DNA of 64,000 nt from Chloroflexota bacterium (GTDB taxonomy: Bacteria; Chloroflexota; Dehalococcoidia; Dehalococcoidales; UBA2162), in assembly GCA_016190895.1 (NCBI GenBank), contig JACPPR010000096.1:1625-65624 (forward strand), read 5' to 3'. Positions 17,333-24,149 of the stretch are shown piece by piece. Made by a program: the position numbers and the translations under genes. Numbering within the stretch: position 1 is the first letter of the stretch; each line of letters opens with the position of its first letter. The notes under the pieces were generated by a model that was not told where the DNA came from, searched no databases, and saw nothing but the letters and a program-made list of their open reading frames with translations.

Positions 17333-17782
17333 ATGGGCAGACATTTATCAGCAGAAATCGACAATAGCTTCGAGAGGAAACTGGTAGTCGAAAACGCTCT
17401 GGTCGCCGCTGCCAAAAGTGAGTTGGGTGAAAAACTAAGTGCGCGAGACCGAGCCAATTTGGAAGAGATAGTGAAGCTCTTCGAAGCTATCTTGCAAGGA
17501 GAACAGCAGTTACGGTCTCCGAGCTTGTCAGCTGTTTCTATTGACATGGCACAGGTTGCAAACAGGGTTGGGAGTATTTACAATACGAGATTCAAATTTT
17601 CCCAGTTTATCGCATTTGTGGCAGAGTTAAAGCAGATTGCTGAGGCAATGCTCGAAAACCGCAGAGTTATTGAAAGAAAGAGGCGCAATTTTGATGAGTT
17701 TCTCAATTTGCTCTCAGAATCAGAAGGCAAAGAAATAGAGCGGCTACAGTCTCTGCCGCTTGGGAGTTTCTCTGTGGCATGA
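17333..17782 (+). CDS. hypothetical alpha-helical protein
   Basis: 149 aa with a strong RBS. Its stop overlaps the next start (ATGA). Confidence 0.6.
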   Translation: MGRHLSAEIDNSFERKLVVENALVAAAKSELGEKLSARDRANLEEIVKLFEAILQGEQQLRSPSLSAVSIDMAQVANRVGSIYNTRFKFSQFIAFVAELKQIAEAMLENRRVIERKRRNFDEFLNLLSESEGKEIERLQSLPLGSFSVA

Positions 17783-19212
17783 GCACCCCGGCGGCGATTG
17801 CCCAGGACGCTTTGAATCTACTTGTTTCCCGCAGTAGAAGCGTTCGATTGTCGGCGGAGGCGCTCCTAGCAAAAGACTACCCTTCGGAAGTTCCTCGTAA
17901 TCTGATTCGCTGTGTGGTGTGCGCGACAAATCGGATTGACGCAGAAGTCTCCGAGATGTCATTCAGATTGAAGGCCAAACCTGAATATTCTGAGGTCACT
18001 CTCAAGGAAGCAAAGCTTCGTCATACTTTTCTCACTTATCTTCAAACGGTGATACTGTCTCTTGTTGATGGCGCCGAAACGGGTAAGGCTCCGGCTGAAT
18101 GGATCTGGCCAATCCAACGCATGGTAGAGGAGCTTTTCCCTGGGTGCCAAATTCTGGTCAGGTCGGTACACGAACTGAACTATTTCTTTGCTCCTCTTGG
18201 TGCGATGATCCAGAAGAAATTTGCGTCACTAGGTATGGACGACATTCTCAAGGATAACGGCCTTCTTGAGGAGATCTGGATGCTAGGGACATCTTCGTTC
18301 CCTCCTAGCGGAATTTTGACTCATTGTTTAATTGCCCATGAGATTGGCCATGGTATATATGAAACACGCAAACTGGGCGACCAAATTCTGAGGTCAGTTA
18401 AGATAGATGACCGTGCTGCTTCGAATATCGTTGATCTCATCGCTTCACAAATGGTGGAAGAGTCTTCGAGTCAAGAAACGGGTCCAAGGATTACGGGTAC
18501 ACGACTAGATACGCACATAGACAGAAGTTGGCTTGAATTGTCTGTAAATGCAAGACTCAAAGAAATCCTCTCCTGTTGGGCCGAAGAGTTTGCTTGCGAC
18601 GTGATAGGGTTAAGAATCCTTGGTCCCGCGTTCCTGTTATCGCAACTCTATTTCTTATTTCCGCTAGCTTCTATCGATGTGGGCGATGTTGAACACCCGA
18701 CCCCTCGGATGAGGCTGCGGTTATCAATCAACGCTCTACTTGGAACTGAAGAAGGACTTGGATACCGAATCGTTAAGTCACTGGATATTCAGAGCGTTTT
18801 ACAGAATTGGCAGAAAACTATCATGTCGTCAGAACCGAAGGCTAATGACCCGTATTTCGATGAGGCCTATAAAATGTTACGCCCAAGCCTGCGGGAGATA
18901 TTGAAGTTGTGCAAAAAGGAAACTAAGACATTAGCATACAGTCCGGACCGCTTAGACAAGGATGTGCCTAAACTTCTGACTCGTATTGGAGACGGTATTC
19001 CTCCTAATGAGCTTTGGGATGAGAAATCACAGTGTTTCCAGCCTGCTTATATGGCTTCAATCCTAAATGCAGGGTGGCTAGCTTTCGTTGCACCAGAGTT
19101 GCCCATGCCTTTTCGGAGTGTGACCAAGCAAGAGGCAGAAGGTAGGTTGCTTTCTTTGGTCGAGAAGGCAATGGAGTATTCTGAATTGGCACGGTTGAGC
19201 CAAAAGAAGTAA
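17779..19212 (+). CDS. HExxH zinc-metallopeptidase-like protein
   Basis: 477 aa. CLIAHEIGHGIYE (HExxH) and a downstream EEFACDVIGLRILGPAF helix. Translationally coupled to both neighbours. Confidence 0.65.
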   Translation: MSTPAAIAQDALNLLVSRSRSVRLSAEALLAKDYPSEVPRNLIRCVVCATNRIDAEVSEMSFRLKAKPEYSEVTLKEAKLRHTFLTYLQTVILSLVDGAETGKAPAEWIWPIQRMVEELFPGCQILVRSVHELNYFFAPLGAMIQKKFASLGMDDILKDNGLLEEIWMLGTSSFPPSGILTHCLIAHEIGHGIYETRKLGDQILRSVKIDDRAASNIVDLIASQMVEESSSQETGPRITGTRLDTHIDRSWLELSVNARLKEILSCWAEEFACDVIGLRILGPAFLLSQLYFLFPLASIDVGDVEHPTPRMRLRLSINALLGTEEGLGYRIVKSLDIQSVLQNWQKTIMSSEPKANDPYFDEAYKMLRPSLREILKLCKKETKTLAYSPDRLDKDVPKLLTRIGDGIPPNELWDEKSQCFQPAYMASILNAGWLAFVAPELPMPFRSVTKQEAEGRLLSLVEKAMEYSELARLSQKK

Positions 19213-19213
19213 T

Positions 19214-19861
19214 ATGTCAACACTTGCTGCTAGCGAGATCAGGCGAAGAATCCGGAGCACTCAAAATGACGCGCTAGTTATCACGCCTCTACTGAATGAA
19301 GCTGATCAGGTTCGTGGAGCATCTGTGGATGTTAGGTTAGGAAACTACTTTATCTCGTTCGTCCGTGGGAAGAAGGGCATTGTGGACCCCAAGAAAATGC
19401 AGGATATCTCCGACCGATACGAGACAAATGAGGAAATATACGTGCCTTATGGTAGGAATTTTATTTTGCATCCCCGCCAATTTGTCGTAGGGGGTACTCT
19501 TGAATACTTCGGCTTGCCGAAAGATCTAGCAGCTTATGTGGTTGGTCGATCATCTTGGGGTAGACTGGGACTGGTAGTTGCTACCGCGATAGGAGTTCAT
19601 CCTGGCTATCGGGGCATTATCACATTGGAACTGACCAATCTTGGTGAGGTGCCAATATTACTGTATCCGGGTTGGTCTATCGCTCAAGTGTTTTTCCAAA
19701 CTATCATAGCAGATGCGAATTGTCCCGTGGAGGGATGTGATGTGGACAATTCAAGGTACAGCCTTGCGGTCAAACCGGAGATGAGTCGTCTGGTAGAGCC
19801 GGAAGACTTAAGGCATTTGGAAGAAGCGATCAACAAGCGGGGCGGCTTAAGGCAGACGTAA
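19214..19861 (+). CDS. dCTP deaminase (Dcd/dUTPase-fold) family protein
   Basis: ASVDVRLGN, GRSSWGRLGL and VHPGYRGIITLELTNLG follow Dcd-family motifs. It starts 2 nt after the previous stop. Confidence 0.75.
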   Translation: MSTLAASEIRRRIRSTQNDALVITPLLNEADQVRGASVDVRLGNYFISFVRGKKGIVDPKKMQDISDRYETNEEIYVPYGRNFILHPRQFVVGGTLEYFGLPKDLAAYVVGRSSWGRLGLVVATAIGVHPGYRGIITLELTNLGEVPILLYPGWSIAQVFFQTIIADANCPVEGCDVDNSRYSLAVKPEMSRLVEPEDLRHLEEAINKRGGLRQT

Positions 19862-19903
19862 GCGAACTGTTATATTCAAGTGAGACATGATACCAGTAGT
19901 TGT

Positions 19904-19982
19904 TGGAGCAGGGGTACCAATCCTTTTTCTCAAACAGAAGTTCGGGAACTGTTCCGAGTGGCCCAGCTGAGGGGATTCGAAC
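19904..19982. repeat. direct repeat copy 2 with tRNA 3'-end-like core
   Basis: Partner of 16921..17000. The minus strand reads ...GGAGTTCGAATCCCCTCAGCTGGGCCA. Confidence 0.7.
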
Positions 19983-20183
19983 TCCGCCTTGTCGCCTTAT
20001 GGCTGGATTGATATAATGGTCTTGACTGGTTAGACCAAGACACAACTTCTTGAGCAATTCACGCAGTATTGGAACTAATGTGAAAAACTGAAGGTCTTAG
20101 AAAAAGTTCTACCTTCTATCATACGCGGCTCACCACCGGAATTTCTCTTTTTGATATCTAATTCAAAGAAACTGGGAGGGTCT

Positions 20184-20555
20184 ATGGAAATATTCAAGAT
20201 AGCTGACTATATTAAGAAAGTGAACCCGGAGCCTGACCAACGGCTGACTATTCAGCTTCTGGAGAAGAAGGCGGAGAGCATGGTCGGGATGTTCATCGTG
20301 CTGCCTCCCGGCGGGCAGACGCCTTACCACTTCCATGACAAGCGCGAATCGATACTCATTGTCATCAGCGGCAAAGCGAAAGAGATGGTCGAAGGCAGGA
20401 AAATCCCCATCGAGTCCAATGACATCCTGTTCATCCCGGCCAAGCAGAAACATGGCGTTCTGAACGATAGCGGCCAGGAATTCCGCTTTATCGAGTTTCA
20501 AGTGGGCAAGCCCGATGAGCCGGATAGGGTCGAGGTCGAGTGGCGGGAGAGCTAG
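20184..20555 (+). CDS. cupin domain protein
   Basis: GGQTPYHFHDKRESILIVISG...FIPAKQKHGVLN. ATG follows GGGAGG. Confidence 0.75.
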   Translation: MEIFKIADYIKKVNPEPDQRLTIQLLEKKAESMVGMFIVLPPGGQTPYHFHDKRESILIVISGKAKEMVEGRKIPIESNDILFIPAKQKHGVLNDSGQEFRFIEFQVGKPDEPDRVEVEWRES

Positions 20556-20610
20556 GAAGATTGGACGGATTTATCTATCCTGCCGATTCTAGAGGCACCG
20601 CAACAAATGA

Positions 20611-20690
20611 AATTGTAGGGGGACCGGAGAATCTACGTCCCCCTCCGTTCCCTCTGGATTCCCCGCCTGAAGCGGGGAATGACACATAGG
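20611..20690. repeat. GC-rich intergenic hairpin cluster
   Basis: Hairpins GGGGGAC..GTCCCCC (20618..20643) and ATTCCCCGC-ctgaa-GCGGGGAAT (20658..20680), followed by tgacac. Confidence 0.6.
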
Positions 20691-20738
20691 AGACTTGCTA
20701 TTTTCGGGGTAATGCCACAATCACAATAATGAAGTTGG

Positions 20739-20984
20739 CTATTTCTTCGGGTTTTCCTGTTTGACCAGGACTACTTCGAAAGGGCAGCGGATAGCCCCGG
20801 AAGGACATATGGTCTCGCACTCCGTGCAGTAGGTGCAGGCTTCAGGTTTGACTACAGTAGCCTTGCCGTTCACAATGGCGACGGCGCCGGTAGGGCAAAA
20901 CTCAACGCAATCACTGCAGCCGGTGCAGAGTTCCGGATTAACTTCGGGTGTAGGCATTCCCAGTCGATTCTCCTGTGCTTCCAT
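20739..20984 (-). CDS. 2x[4Fe-4S] ferredoxin
   Basis: Two Cys clusters, CTGCSDCVEFCP and CTYCTECETICP. The start could instead be the internal ATG at 20957. Confidence 0.85.
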   Translation of the reverse strand: MEAQENRLGMPTPEVNPELCTGCSDCVEFCPTGAVAIVNGKATVVKPEACTYCTECETICPSGAIRCPFEVVLVKQENPKK

Positions 20985-21031
20985 TTCCAGCGACTTACAT
21001 TCCGATTCTAACGCGTCCGTGTGTCAGCCGA

Positions 21032-21047
21032 TACGACATTTGTCGTA
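21032..21047. promoter_or_regulatory. palindrome TACGACATTTGTCGTA (ACGAC-N4-GTCGT), candidate Crp/Fnr-type site
   Basis: 16-bp palindrome between the crp/fnr stop and the ferredoxin start. A minus-strand TAGAAT (-10-like, 21010..21005) starts 29.5 bp from the palindrome centre. Confidence 0.45.
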
Positions 21048-21050
21048 AAT

Positions 21051-21776
21051 CTACCTCGCCTCTTTTAGCTTCTCCGGGTCTACCACCAGGATACGCTGGC
21101 CCTCGATACGGATTGCCCCCGCCTTTTCCAACGCCCTCAAACCCCTGCCTACCACGTCCCGGACCGAGCCTATCATAGTCGCCATCTCCTCCTGAGTCAG
21201 CCGGGGAACCGGCGAAGGGCCGCCCTGGACGACGGCCGAATCCAGCAGCAGGCGGGCAAGCCGGCTGACTACGCTACGGAAAGAAAGGTCTTCAACCACG
21301 CTGCTGAGATGGCGCAAGCGGCCGGCGAATAGCTTGATGATTGCCTGCGCTGCCGGACAGCCCGCCAGCAGCGCGTTCACCGTCTTGGTCGGGACAACGT
21401 ATATAGTAGTCTGTTCAAGCGCCGAGGCGCTGGCTGGATTCGGTCCGCCATCGAAGACAGGCACCTCGTTGAAGGTGGTGCCGGCGGCGGCCGTCATCAA
21501 TACCTGTTCTCTGCCTTCCGGCGAGCTTTTGAAGATGCGCACCCGCCCGCTCTTGACCAGATACAGTCCCTGGCACGGCTCGCCCTCCAGAAATATTACC
21601 TCGCCCCTATCGAAAGAGCGTTCCAGAGTGTCTTTGGCTATTTTCTCTCTTTCTTCAGGGCTGAGGGCGCTGAAATAAGGAACCCCTTTTAAATAGTCAG
21701 CTAATGATGACACAGGCAACTTCTCCGCTAAAATCCTACCATATCCATAAGAACGGTGTATAGGTATCAACCTCAC
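21051..21776 (-). CDS. Crp/Fnr family transcriptional regulator
   Basis: cNMP-binding-like domain (GEVIFLEGEPCQGLYLVKSGRVRIF) and C-terminal HTH (QEEMATMIGSVRDVVGRGLRALE). The 5' end runs into a repeat. An alternative GTG start is at 21713. Confidence 0.8.
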   Translation of the reverse strand: MRLIPIHRSYGYGRILAEKLPVSSLADYLKGVPYFSALSPEEREKIAKDTLERSFDRGEVIFLEGEPCQGLYLVKSGRVRIFKSSPEGREQVLMTAAAGTTFNEVPVFDGGPNPASASALEQTTIYVVPTKTVNALLAGCPAAQAIIKLFAGRLRHLSSVVEDLSFRSVVSRLARLLLDSAVVQGGPSPVPRLTQEEMATMIGSVRDVVGRGLRALEKAGAIRIEGQRILVVDPEKLKEAR

Positions 21777-21836
21777 CCCCTCGGCCCCCTCTCCGCTTGC
21801 GGAGAGGGGGAAATTTGTTTTGAGAGGGCGGAGGTG
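21771..21836. repeat. ~65-bp GC-rich repeat, family 1 copy A
   Basis: cctcaccccctcggccccctctccgcttgcggagagggggaaatttgttttgagagggc resembles the reverse-complement of 36458..36533. Confidence 0.65.
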
Positions 21837-21949
21837 AAAAATCCCCCTTAATCCCCCTTTGCCATAGGGGGATACCTAAGAAAGAGAGGTTCAACGATAA
21901 AGGCATCTCTCTTTGGTAAAGGGAGATTGAGAGGGATTTATTCAGGGAG
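21837..21949. repeat. ~110-bp MITE-like repeat with terminal inverted repeats, copy 1
   Basis: Begins aaaatccccct and ends gagagggattt. Colinear with 62267..62369. Confidence 0.65.
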
Positions 21950-21982
21950 TTAGGAACAACCTGGTAAAACGCAAAATTTGCT

Positions 21983-21998
21983 TGCGACAAAAGTCGTA
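21983..21998. promoter_or_regulatory. palindrome TGCGACAAAAGTCGTA (GCGAC-N4-GTCGT), candidate Crp/Fnr-type site
   Basis: 12 of 16 positions are identical to 21032..21047. TGCTATATT (extended -10-like, hexamer 22020..22025) starts 29.5 bp from the centre. It lies upstream of ATG 22071. Confidence 0.45.
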
Positions 21999-22070
21999 TC
22001 AGGCACGTTGGGCCGATGCTATATTGAGAGTGTTAGATCAAACCAGAATCTGAGAAAGGAGGGCAGAAAT

Positions 22071-22853
22071 ATGACTATGGATAAAACATGTCCCGGGTCC
22101 CGGACAATCCGCGAGCCGAGGCCGGAGTATATGAACTGCCCGAATTGCGGTAAAGAAGTAGAAATCTGGACTGATGAACTGAAAGCAACATGTCGTAACT
22201 GCGGGACTAAGGTCTTCAGGGCGCAGCAGGCTTCCTGTATCGAATGGTGCCCTCACGCCAAGGAATGTGTCGGTCCCGAGGTTTACGAGCGGCTGATGGC
22301 CGGCGCCGGCGAGGACCTCTCCGATGGCGATAATCCCCTGGAAGTGCTCCGCCGTGAGCACGATAGAGCTTCTGAAAAAATCAGCTTGTTGCGGGCTGCC
22401 AGCCTTTGTCTCAAGCTGGGCGCCACTTCTCCCGGTTCGCCTATCTGGGGTAAAGGGGTCGACCATCTGGCCAAAGTGACAGATTTTATCGATAAAGATA
22501 TCACGCTCCACTTCCATCGTGAGGAGGAAGTCCTTTTCCCGATGGTCGAAAAGCATCTGGGTCTAGTGAAAAGCCCGACCCGGTTATTGCTGGGCGAGCA
22601 TAAAGAAATCTGGGAGATTTACGCTGAGCTAAAGGAAATGCTTGCCGAGCTGCAGCAGGGAACGCACCGGGATGAGGAACTGATGGCAGCGCACGTGCAG
22701 GATGTCAGCGGCCGTATCGAGCAGCTTTTGAAGGACCACATCAAGAAAGAGAATGAGTCTCTGCTGCCTCTGGCCAAAGGTCTTCTCAATGAGGCAGAGC
22801 TTAAGGAATTCTCCGACAGGTGGAAATCAACCAGCCTTGAAGTCAAGGCTTAA
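22071..22853 (+). CDS. zinc-ribbon / hemerythrin-like (HHE) domain protein
   Basis: N-terminal CPNCG...CRNCG. Hemerythrin-type HFHREEEVLFP and DHIKKENESLLP. RBS AAGGAGG. Confidence 0.75.
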   Translation: MTMDKTCPGSRTIREPRPEYMNCPNCGKEVEIWTDELKATCRNCGTKVFRAQQASCIEWCPHAKECVGPEVYERLMAGAGEDLSDGDNPLEVLRREHDRASEKISLLRAASLCLKLGATSPGSPIWGKGVDHLAKVTDFIDKDITLHFHREEEVLFPMVEKHLGLVKSPTRLLLGEHKEIWEIYAELKEMLAELQQGTHRDEELMAAHVQDVSGRIEQLLKDHIKKENESLLPLAKGLLNEAELKEFSDRWKSTSLEVKA

Positions 22854-22876
22854 TGATTCTGTAAGGGGTTGAATCG

Positions 22877-23149
22877 GTGAGCGTAAAAATAGACGTTTAT
22901 CCCGGTTTTGCTCATCTCACCGGCGGTCAAACCGAGGTTGAAGTAAACGGCAGTACTGTGGGCCAGTGTCTTGAGCAGCTGGTTGCCCGGTACCCGAAGA
23001 TAAAGAAGACATTGTACAGGAAAGACGGCACATTAAGCTGCTGTGTCGAGATTTGGGTCAATTTGAAAACATCGTACCCCGAGGAACTGGATATGCCGGT
23101 CAAGGATGGAGATGAGCTTCGTATGCTGGGTCTGATGATTACCGGCTGA
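22877..23149 (+). CDS. MoaD/ThiS-family small beta-grasp protein
   Basis: 90 aa with ...VKDGDELRMLGLMITG. Family-like, but it ends in TG rather than GG. Confidence 0.55.
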   Translation: MSVKIDVYPGFAHLTGGQTEVEVNGSTVGQCLEQLVARYPKIKKTLYRKDGTLSCCVEIWVNLKTSYPEELDMPVKDGDELRMLGLMITG

Positions 23150-23212
23150 GAAATGGGTAAGCCAGGGCTTATCACGAAACATAGAGGCAAAAATAAATAG
23201 GGAGGGTTGACA

Positions 23213-23431
23213 ATGAAAGAAAGAGTAGAGGCAGCGCTGGAGAAAATAAGACCGGCGTTACAGGCAGACGGCGGTGATGTCGAGCTGGTGGATGTCAAGG
23301 ATGGCGTAGCCACAGTGAAACTTACGGGACACTGTGCGGGCTGACCGATGTCCACGATGACGCTCAGGATGGGCGTCGAGCGGGTAGTCAGGGCAGAAGT
23401 GCCTGAAATCAAAGAACTGGTAGCTGTATAA
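23213..23431 (+). CDS. NifU C-terminal domain (Nfu)-like protein with in-frame TGA (candidate selenocysteine, CxxU)
   Basis: RBS GGGAGGG. MKERVEAALEKIRPALQADGGDVELVDVKDGVATVKLTGHCAG-TGA-PMSTMTLRMGVERVVRAEVPEIKELVAV. The TGA (23342..23344) falls where Nfu proteins have the second Cys of CxxC. A hairpin lies at 23358..23378. Confidence 0.65.
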
Positions 23432-23492
23432 CACGAGCCGTCGCCGGTAATGCCGGTTGGCGCAATCAGGTAAGAACACGGGACGGGAACCA

Positions 23493-24149
23493 ATGAGCGA
23501 CACTTTCCGTAACTTTCTGGAAGAAGTTAAGCCGATAAAATTCAAAGAACCGCTGGCGGAGACGCTGGGGGCATTTGCTAGCGAAGGCGCCGTTTTAGAC
23601 TACACCTTCATCGATGCGGTCAAGATGGCTGGGCATGCCTGTCCGACCGTCGCCGGAGCCTATTTGTCCTGCCAGAAGGCGATGGAGGCGCTCTACCCCG
23701 GTGAGACTCCGGTGAGGGGGGAGATAGCGGTAACCGTATACGGTGAGCCTGATGAAGGGGTCTACGGGGTGATGGGGCAGGTATTCAGTTTTCTCACCGG
23801 GGCGGCGCCAGCCAGCGGTTTCAGAGGGCTCGGCCATAAATTCAAGCGGAAGGACTTACTCAGATTTGTCCCGAAGAAACCCGACCCTCAAGCGATGTGC
23901 TTCGAGTTTCGGAGGCTGGATAACGGCAGGACGGCTCTGGTCAGATTCAGCCCTCAGCGCATTCCGTTCCCTGCCGAAAAAGGGGCGCGAATGGGGGAAC
24001 TCCTGGAGAAAGTCCTCTGGGAGGCGGAAAGGGATAATGAGAAACAGGAATTCCAGGAACTCTGGACGGATAAAGTGAAAAGTATGCTTTTGGAAGCAAT
24101 AGATATCGATAAGTGGCTCAAGGTGGAAGTAAAGGAGGAACTAGAATGA
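23493..24149 (+). CDS. FmdE-like domain protein
   Basis: The AGHACPTVAGAYL motif resembles the FmdE family. The start is uncertain because the ORF is open from 23457. Confidence 0.5.
   Translation: MSDTFRNFLEEVKPIKFKEPLAETLGAFASEGAVLDYTFIDAVKMAGHACPTVAGAYLSCQKAMEALYPGETPVRGEIAVTVYGEPDEGVYGVMGQVFSFLTGAAPASGFRGLGHKFKRKDLLRFVPKKPDPQAMCFEFRRLDNGRTALVRFSPQRIPFPAEKGARMGELLEKVLWEAERDNEKQEFQELWTDKVKSMLLEAIDIDKWLKVEVKEELE

Noticed and set aside
16921-19982. Integron attC sites after promoterless cassettes.
   Set aside because: Only copy 1 has an RYYYAAC-like core (GCCCAAC). There is no matching GTTRRRY partner and no intI gene. The second cassette has its own consensus promoter and three genes.
16921-20060. 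Intact tRNA (or tmRNA) gene at the tRNA-like repeats.
   Set aside because: On the minus strand both copies show TTCGAAT plus an acceptor-like ...CAGCTGGGCCA. The flanking T-stem pairs only 3 of 5 (CGGAG/CCCCT) in copy 2 and worse in copy 1. No complementary 5' acceptor strand, D-arm or anticodon arm could be folded by eye. A 350-nt tmRNA would overlap the cupin gene. I report them as repeats only; tRNAscan or ARAGORN should confirm.
22024-22041. FNR box TTGAG...ATCAA upstream of the first hemerythrin gene.
   Set aside because: The half-sites are separated by 8 nt, not 4, and overlap the predicted -10 / transcription start region. The rCGAC-N4-GTCGT palindromes fit promoter geometry better.
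22877-23149. Sec or readthrough at the TGA ending the MoaD/ThiS-like ORF (ends ...MITG-TGA).
   Set aside because: The downstream in-frame sequence is short, basic and not family-like. An ordinary stop is the simpler reading.
23342-23344. The in-frame TGAs at 23342 and 54563 explained by an alternative genetic code or by simple pseudogenes.
   Set aside because: TGA terminates many well-delimited genes here (for example 28..240, 287..535, 7883..11143), so code 4 or 25 is excluded. Both TGAs fall at redox-Cys-type positions, conserved-looking sequence continues in frame, and a hairpin lies downstream. Pseudogene decay is therefore less likely, but not excluded without the Sec machinery or read evidence.
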